Of a DNA stretch of 64,000 nucleotides, positions 57,578 to 64,000 are shown piece by piece. Source of the DNA: Candidatus Poribacteria bacterium. GTDB taxonomy: Bacteria > Poribacteria > WGA-4E > WGA-3G. A model generated the notes under the pieces. That model was not told where the DNA came from, made no database searches, and saw nothing but the letters and a program-made list of their open reading frames with translations. Each line of letters starts with the position of its first letter. Position 1 is the first letter of the stretch. Where the stretch lies: NCBI GenBank assembly GCA_963663765.2, contig CAXXUA010000005.1, positions 1,024,001 to 1,088,000 of the forward strand, in the 5' to 3' direction. The position numbers and the translations under genes are program-made.

Positions 57578-60500
57578 ATGAAAAAGATGACATCTTTACC
57601 GTTAACCTTACTTATTATTTTATTCATCAGTTTACAAACCACTTTCGCACAGGTAACCCTTGAAGGGCATACAGATGCTGTCAGTTCTGTGTCGTTTTCA
57701 CCGGATGGCACTATCCTCGCCTCTAGATCTTATGATGACACGGTGAGGTTATGGGATGTGGCGACAAAACAAAATATCGCTACACTTCGTAGTGTCAGTT
57801 CTGTGTCGTTTTCACCGGATGGCACTATCCTCGCCTCCGGGTCTAATGATGGCACGATAAAGTTGTGGGATGTGGCGACAAAACAAAGTATCGCCACCCT
57901 TGAAGGGCATACGGATGAAGTTAGTTCAGTGTCGTTTTCACCGGATGGCACTATCCTCGCCTCCGGGTCTTATGATGCTACATCCGGGTCTTATGATGCT
58001 ACGGTGAAGTTGTGGGATGTGGCGACAAAACAAGATATCGCCACCCTTGAAGGGGATACGATTTATGTTAGAACAGTGTTGTTTTCGCCGGATGGAACGC
58101 TTCTCGCATCTGCATCTTCTGATGACACAGTGAAGTTGTGGGATGTGACGACAGGCACAAATATCGCTACACTCCAAGGGCATACGGATGAAGTTAGTTC
58201 TGTGTCGTTTTCACCGGATGGCACTATCCTCGCCTCCACGTCATGGGATGACACGGTGAAGTTGTGGAATGTGGCGACACACGAAAATATCGCCACCTTT
58301 GAAGGGCATACGGATCTTGTGGGTTCAGTATCGTTTTCGTCGGATGGCACGCTGCTCGCTTCCATAGACGGATCTTTTTTTAATAGCACGGTGAAGTTGT
58401 GGGATGTGGCGACACACGAAAATATCGCTACACTTGAAGGGCATACGAGTGATATCAACTCAGCGTCGTTTTCACCGGATGGCACGCTACTCGCTTCTGG
58501 GTCTTTTACAGTGAAGTTGTGGGATGTGGCGACACACGAAAATATCGCTACACTTGAGGGACATTCGGATTATGTCTTGTCAGTATCTTTTTCACCGGAT
58601 GGGAGAACCCTCGCTTCCGGTTCGTTGGATAACACTGTGAAGTTGTGGAACATAACCGAGTTGACAAGCACCTTGGGAATAGTCTCCGGTAATAACCAAG
58701 AAGGTATAATCAACACTGTACTATCGAACCCCTTTGTCGTTGAAGTGAGAGATCGGGACAATAATCCCGTCCCAGATGCTCAAGTCACGTTTACGGTCAC
58801 CGCCGGTGAGGGGCAGCTGAGTGGGAAATCAACAGTTGACGTAACAACGGATGACAATGGCAGGGCAGCACAAACGCTTACTCTTGGTACCAAACTGGGG
58901 ACAAACTCTGTTAAAGTATCTGTTGGAAACGAGTTGGTGACGTTTAATGCTGTAGGCATCTCACGATACAAATTGGAGCTAATATCCGGTAATTACCAAC
59001 TTGGAAAGTTCGGCACAGCATTGGAAGGACCACTCGTGGTGGAGGTAAGAGATTGGCAGGGCAACCTTTTGCCCGATACGCAAGTAACGTTCACAGTTAC
59101 TGGTGGAGATGCCCTACTGAATGGGGAATCCATGAAAGTAGAGACAACCACTGATGTAAACGGCCGCGCTGCCCAAACACTTGTTCTTGGCTACACAGTA
59201 TATAACAAGGTAGTGGTATCAATCGGACATGAGTCGGTGGAATTTTCTGTTACAGGAAACTCACCATCCCTTAGTCGCACATTATTCACTGGTTCCGAAA
59301 AAAGGAAAAGTTACACAGATATCTCACCCGATGGGAAAACACTCGCTTTTACTTCAAATGACACGAATGTGGTGGAGTTGTGGGATGTGGAAACACACAC
59401 ATCTAAAGCTACATTTGACGGGCATACGGATTCTGTTTGGACAGTATCTTTTTCACCGGATGGCACACTGCTGGTGTCGGGTTCTGCAGATACCACAGTG
59501 AAGTTGTGGGATGTAGAAGCCCAGGTAAACATCGCTACGTTTGAGGAGCATACGTCCGGTGTGGATTCTGTAGCGTTTTCTCCTGATGGGACACTCCTCG
59601 CTTCAGGTGGATGGAATGGTGTTGTCAAAGTATGGGATGTGGATACAAAACAAAATATCGCTACGTTTGAAGGGCATGATACCGACGTGCTTGAAGGATG
59701 GTTCAGTGGTTGGTTCACGCCTGTTGCTTTTTCACCTGATGGGAGACTCCTTGTATACGGTGCAGCAGAGGATATCAATTTATGGGATGTGGAAACAAAA
59801 CAAAATATTGCAACTATTACGGCACATCCAGATGGAGTTGTTTCACTGTCGTTCTCACCTGATGGCACAATGCTCGCGTCCAATTCCGCAGATGTCATCA
59901 AGTTGTGGAATGTGGAAACACGCGAAAATATCTCCACAAGTATTCCTGAGGTTAACGACAGCATTTTATCAATTGCGTTTTTTCCCAATGACACAATTCT
60001 CGCTTTTAGCCTGTTACGTCGTGTGATATTGTGGGACGTAGTGCAAGATACCCCCATCGCAATCCTTGAAGGACATACAGATAATGTGTGGTCTATATCG
60101 TTTTCCCCGGATGGATTACTGCTTGCATCCAGCTCAAGCGATGGAATAGTCAAGTTGTGGGATACGGCAGAGGCAAAATCACCCCAACCTGCAAAACTGA
60201 CGAAAATATCGGGCGAAGCACAGCAGGGATGGATGGGGATACCGTTGCCGAATCCCCTTGTCGTTGAAGTGAGAGATCAATATAACAATCTTAACCCTGG
60301 TGGTCAAGTAGAGTTCTCAGTTACGGAAGGCGGTGGCAAGCTCAATGGACAATCCGACTTTGAGCGTGTAACAGCTGATGCTGATGGCAGAGCCAGGATC
60401 TCACTAACCATCGGACACACTCTGGTTAATACCGTTGAAGCGACTCCGCTTGGGGGTTCACTTGCTCGGAACCAGTCAGTAGTGTTTACCATAACCCTCT

Positions 60501-62044
60501 CACCCTACATATTTTCATCACTCCAAGCGCACAGTGAGGCTGTGTATGATTTATCGTTATCGCCTGATGGGAAAACCTTCGCCACAGGTTCATCGGATAA
60601 CACGGTGAAGTTGTGGGATATGGAAACAAAAGAATATATCGGTACGTTGGAAGGACATTCGAATTACATTAATGCTGTCTCATTTTCACCTGATGGCATC
60701 CGCCTTGCCTCCTGCTCGGGGGATAATACGGTGAGGTTGTGGGATATGGAAACGCATACTGAAATTGCTACGTTGGGTGGGCACGAAAGGAGTGTATTGG
60801 GTATAGCGTTTTCACCCGATGGCACACGTCTCGCATCCGGTGGCAGAGCAGAACTTACCGATGCTGACGGTCAGGTGAAACTATGGGATGTGGATACACA
60901 CACGCATATCGCTACACTTGAAGGGCATACGGGTTTGGTCTGGTCAGTAGCGTTTTCATCTGATGGCGAGACACTCGCCACAGCTTCATCTGATACCACA
61001 GTGAAGTTGTGGGATGTGGATACACACACAAATATCACTACACTTGAAGGGCATGAAGATTCAGTTTTGTCAGTAGCGTTTTCACTCGATGGGAAAACCC
61101 TCGCTACTGGTTCATCTGATAACACGGTGAAGTTGTGGGATGTGGATACACGCACAAATATCGCCACACTTGAGGGACATACAGGAACTGTCTGGTCTGT
61201 AGCCATTTCATCTGATGGCAAGACACTCGCCACAGCTTCATCTGATGCCACAGTGAAGGTCTGGGATGTGGATACGCACACGAATATCGCTATACTTGAG
61301 GAGCATACCGAAATTGTTTGGTCAGTAGCGTTTTCTCCCGATGGAAAAACTCTTATATCCGGGTCAGGAGATGGCACTGTGAAGTTCTGGGATATGTCAT
61401 CTATCTTCACATCCCTATTGACACCTAACTCTCTTGCTGCGGATGTCAATGGGGATGGTGTAGTTAACATGGCGGATATGGTGTTAGTCGCATCAAATTA
61501 CGGACAGACAGGGGAAAATGCTGCGGATATAAATGGGGATGGTATTGTGCATATTTACGATATTCTCCTTGTTGCTGCCCAAATCAATACAAATGGAGCA
61601 GCACCGGCACTGCATGCCAAAAACTTATCTAAGATCACCTCTGCAGATATTGAAAAATGGCTTACTGATGCACAGCAGTTGGATCTCACGGATGCAACCT
61701 CGCTTAAAGGTATCTTATTATTAGAACAACTCCTCACAGCGTTGACTCCCAAGGAGACCGCACTCTTGGCAAACTTCCCGAATCCGTTCAACCCAGAGAC
61801 GTGGATACCGTATCAGTTAGCAAAACCTGCGGTTGTGACACTCACCATCTACGCAATGAACGGACAAGTTGTTCGGCGGTTGGCACTCGGGCATCAAGCC
61901 GCGGGGATGTATCAGAACCGAAGTCGTGCGGCGTACTGGGATGGCAGAAACGCGCTAAGCGAACCTGTCGCGAGTGGAGTCTATTTCTATACACTTACTG
62001 CGGGGGACTTCACAGCCACACGTAAGATGCTCATCCGGAAGTAA
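57578..62044 (+). CDS. Secreted WD40-repeat protein with invasin-type Ig domains, dockerin-like EF-hand pair and FlgD-Ig/T9SS-like C-terminal domain
   Basis: GH...SVSFSPDG...VKLWD repeats in three blocks; DVNGDGVVN / DINGDGIVH; ANFPNPFNPETWIPY. Confidence 0.93.
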   Translation: MKKMTSLPLTLLIILFISLQTTFAQVTLEGHTDAVSSVSFSPDGTILASRSYDDTVRLWDVATKQNIATLRSVSSVSFSPDGTILASGSNDGTIKLWDVATKQSIATLEGHTDEVSSVSFSPDGTILASGSYDATSGSYDATVKLWDVATKQDIATLEGDTIYVRTVLFSPDGTLLASASSDDTVKLWDVTTGTNIATLQGHTDEVSSVSFSPDGTILASTSWDDTVKLWNVATHENIATFEGHTDLVGSVSFSSDGTLLASIDGSFFNSTVKLWDVATHENIATLEGHTSDINSASFSPDGTLLASGSFTVKLWDVATHENIATLEGHSDYVLSVSFSPDGRTLASGSLDNTVKLWNITELTSTLGIVSGNNQEGIINTVLSNPFVVEVRDRDNNPVPDAQVTFTVTAGEGQLSGKSTVDVTTDDNGRAAQTLTLGTKLGTNSVKVSVGNELVTFNAVGISRYKLELISGNYQLGKFGTALEGPLVVEVRDWQGNLLPDTQVTFTVTGGDALLNGESMKVETTTDVNGRAAQTLVLGYTVYNKVVVSIGHESVEFSVTGNSPSLSRTLFTGSEKRKSYTDISPDGKTLAFTSNDTNVVELWDVETHTSKATFDGHTDSVWTVSFSPDGTLLVSGSADTTVKLWDVEAQVNIATFEEHTSGVDSVAFSPDGTLLASGGWNGVVKVWDVDTKQNIATFEGHDTDVLEGWFSGWFTPVAFSPDGRLLVYGAAEDINLWDVETKQNIATITAHPDGVVSLSFSPDGTMLASNSADVIKLWNVETRENISTSIPEVNDSILSIAFFPNDTILAFSLLRRVILWDVVQDTPIAILEGHTDNVWSISFSPDGLLLASSSSDGIVKLWDTAEAKSPQPAKLTKISGEAQQGWMGIPLPNPLVVEVRDQYNNLNPGGQVEFSVTEGGGKLNGQSDFERVTADADGRARISLTIGHTLVNTVEATPLGGSLARNQSVVFTITLSPYIFSSLQAHSEAVYDLSLSPDGKTFATGSSDNTVKLWDMETKEYIGTLEGHSNYINAVSFSPDGIRLASCSGDNTVRLWDMETHTEIATLGGHERSVLGIAFSPDGTRLASGGRAELTDADGQVKLWDVDTHTHIATLEGHTGLVWSVAFSSDGETLATASSDTTVKLWDVDTHTNITTLEGHEDSVLSVAFSLDGKTLATGSSDNTVKLWDVDTRTNIATLEGHTGTVWSVAISSDGKTLATASSDATVKVWDVDTHTNIAILEEHTEIVWSVAFSPDGKTLISGSGDGTVKFWDMSSIFTSLLTPNSLAADVNGDGVVNMADMVLVASNYGQTGENAADINGDGIVHIYDILLVAAQINTNGAAPALHAKNLSKITSADIEKWLTDAQQLDLTDATSLKGILLLEQLLTALTPKETALLANFPNPFNPETWIPYQLAKPAVVTLTIYAMNGQVVRRLALGHQAAGMYQNRSRAAYWDGRNALSEPVASGVYFYTLTAGDFTATRKMLIRK

Positions 62045-62055
62045 CCTGGGCACTG

Positions 62056-62083
62056 TATGGGCGGTCCCCTGTACCCGCCCATA
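62056..62083 (+). terminator. Hairpin after the WD40 gene
   Basis: TATGGGCGG ... CCGCCCATA. Confidence 0.55.
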
Positions 62084-62128
62084 ACCTATATTCTGACAAA
62101 TTGCTATTTAAAAAGGAGAACGAATCTC

Positions 62129-64000
62129 ATGAAAAAGGCGGCATTTTTCTCTTTAACCTTATTTGTTCTTTCAATCATCGGTTTACAACCCCCCCTTGCA
62201 GAACAAACATTTAACTATAGGCATGGTATATCTTCAGTGGAGTTTTCACCCGATGGAACCCTTGCCTTTGTCGCATCCGACGGTACAGCAAAGTTAGTGG
62301 ATGTGGCTACACAAAATATTATGCTCAATATTAGTGTTTCCCCCACTTCAGTGGCATTTTCGCCCGATGGAAAATTCCTTGCTATTGGCAGATCCAATAG
62401 TAAAGTGTATTTGTTGGATATTCCCAATAGAGAATTTATTAGCGTGTTTACATTGGATTTTCAGGATGAGGATAATGTTAATTCTATAGCGTTTTCGCCA
62501 GATGGCACACTCCTTGCTGCTGCAAGAAACAATTTTTTTGATGCTGGTGTAGTGAAGTTGTGGGATGTGGAAACAAAACAAGAGGTTGCTACGTTTAAAG
62601 AAAATCGGCAAGATTTCCATTCTGTATCGTTTTCACCGGATGGGACCCTCCTCGCTGCAGGGTCTAATTCCACGGTGAAGTTGTGGAATGTAGAAACAAA
62701 AGAAAATGTCACTACACTTGAAGGGCATCGGAGAAATGTCAATTCCGTGGCGTTTTCACCGGATGGGACCCTCCTTGCATCAGGTTCTGATGATGGTACA
62801 GTAAAGTTGTGGGATATGGAAACAAAAGAAAATATCGCCACGCTTGAGGGGAAATGGTGGGGTGTACTGTCAGTGGCGTTTTCTCACGATGGGACACTTC
62901 TCGCTGCCTCCGGTTATAATGATGATATAGTAAAGTTATGGGATGTGGAAACAAAAGAAAATGTCACCACCTTTGAAGGGCATTCGGATGATGTCAATTC
63001 CGTGGCGTTTTCACCGGATGGTACCCTCCTTGCATCAGGTTCTTCTGATGGCACGTTGAAGTTGTGGGATCTTACGCCTGCACAGAGAACTTTTGTAAAA
63101 ATTTCCGGTGATGACCAAACAGGTTTTTTTCTAAGGCAGTTAGGAGAACCTTTAGTCGTTGAAGTCCGAGACATGGATGATAATCCATTACCCGATATTC
63201 AGCTGACGTTCACAGTTACAGAGGGGGACGGGTTACTCGGTGGAGACTACACCAGTGTAAATGTCAATACCGACGCGAACGGTAGAGCATCGCAAACGTT
63301 TACCCTCGCTACCGATGCCGAACCAAATACCATTGAAGTTGCTATGGACTATAGGGTACTGACATTCAGTGTCCAAGGCACTTCAGAATATAAATTGGTA
63401 AAAATATCTGGTGATCAACAACGACAGGTATTCGGTTCAACATTAGAGTCTCCTTTTGTTGTAGAAGTGAGAGATTGGCAGGATAACACACTACCCGATG
63501 TTCAAGTAACATTTTCGGTCATTGCTGGTGGTGGGTTTCTGAATATGGATTCCACAGTTGAACATGTAAACACTGATGCCAATGGCAGAGCACCACAAAC
63601 GCTCATACTTGGTACCGAGGTAGAAAATACCGTTGAGGTTACATATACGTACGAGTCGGTAACCTTTGATGCTTTTGGTGTCTCTGCACCTTATGATGGA
63701 ATCCTTATAGGACACACCGATGGTGTCAATTCTGTATCGTATTCACCCGATGGGTCGCAGTTTGCAACTGGCTCCGCTGATAAAACGATAAAGTTGTGGG
63801 ATGTGGCAACGCAGGGGAATATCGCCACGCTAGTCGGGCATACTGGCATAGTCAATTCGGTGGCGTATTCATCGGATAGCACACTCCTCGCTTCTGCTTC
63901 ATCGGATAACACGATAAGGTTGTGGGATGTATCTACACAGCAAAATATCTATACGTTACATGGACACACTGATGCTGTCAATTCGGTAGCGTATTCATCG
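62129..64000 (+). CDS. Second secreted WD40/invasin-Ig protein, runs off the window
   Basis: RBS AAGGAG; MKKAAFFSLTLFVLSIIGLQ..., FSPDG/VKLWD repeats; missing from the ORF track, consistent with no stop inside the window. Confidence 0.88.
   Translation, partial: MKKAAFFSLTLFVLSIIGLQPPLAEQTFNYRHGISSVEFSPDGTLAFVASDGTAKLVDVATQNIMLNISVSPTSVAFSPDGKFLAIGRSNSKVYLLDIPNREFISVFTLDFQDEDNVNSIAFSPDGTLLAAARNNFFDAGVVKLWDVETKQEVATFKENRQDFHSVSFSPDGTLLAAGSNSTVKLWNVETKENVTTLEGHRRNVNSVAFSPDGTLLASGSDDGTVKLWDMETKENIATLEGKWWGVLSVAFSHDGTLLAASGYNDDIVKLWDVETKENVTTFEGHSDDVNSVAFSPDGTLLASGSSDGTLKLWDLTPAQRTFVKISGDDQTGFFLRQLGEPLVVEVRDMDDNPLPDIQLTFTVTEGDGLLGGDYTSVNVNTDANGRASQTFTLATDAEPNTIEVAMDYRVLTFSVQGTSEYKLVKISGDQQRQVFGSTLESPFVVEVRDWQDNTLPDVQVTFSVIAGGGFLNMDSTVEHVNTDANGRAPQTLILGTEVENTVEVTYTYESVTFDAFGVSAPYDGILIGHTDGVNSVSYSPDGSQFATGSADKTIKLWDVATQGNIATLVGHTGIVNSVAYSSDSTLLASASSDNTIRLWDVSTQQNIYTLHGHTDAVNSVAYSS

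Noticed and set aside
57394-57663. 89-aa ORF or c-di-GMP riboswitch upstream of the WD40 gene
   Set aside because: The ORF overlaps the real gene out of frame and lacks an RBS; hairpins are present but no riboswitch consensus was recognised
35204-63912. Many antisense ORFs within the LRR and WD40 genes
   Set aside because: Shadow frames of repetitive coding sequence with no independent signals

Overview
Bacterial genomic window whose protein repertoire resembles Candidatus Poribacteria-type (sponge-associated) genomes. This is an inference from the LRR, WD40, cadherin, invasin-Ig and dockerin proteins ending in an 'ANFPNPFNPETWIPY...TRKMLIRK' C-terminal domain, plus BMC genes. 1-31.6 kb holds mostly core and envelope genes: FGE-family protein (partial), TonB-dependent receptor, an inactivated IS630, gltB, an exbD-exbD-exbB plus large lipoprotein/outer-membrane gene cluster, a Wzz-like protein, a BMC satellite (flavoprotein, pduL, BMC-H), TPR, metallophosphoesterase, HExxH peptidase, vWA, serpin and msrP. 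33.8-64 kb is a plus-strand island of secreted repeat proteins: a cadherin/LRR pseudogene, a 6540-aa LRR/cadherin/metzincin giant, two tandem small beta-barrels, a lipoprotein and two WD40 proteins. The most unusual signal is non-coding: a layered set of tiny mobile DNAs. MITEs from several TIR families (target duplications visible) carry GTAG-type REP palindromes as cargo, sometimes amplified into tandem arrays. A 21-60-nt hairpin micro-element with a conserved GCGT(A/G)TG loop and co-varying stems inserts into those REPs. No CRISPR array, tRNA or rRNA was recognised. All alignments were done by eye.
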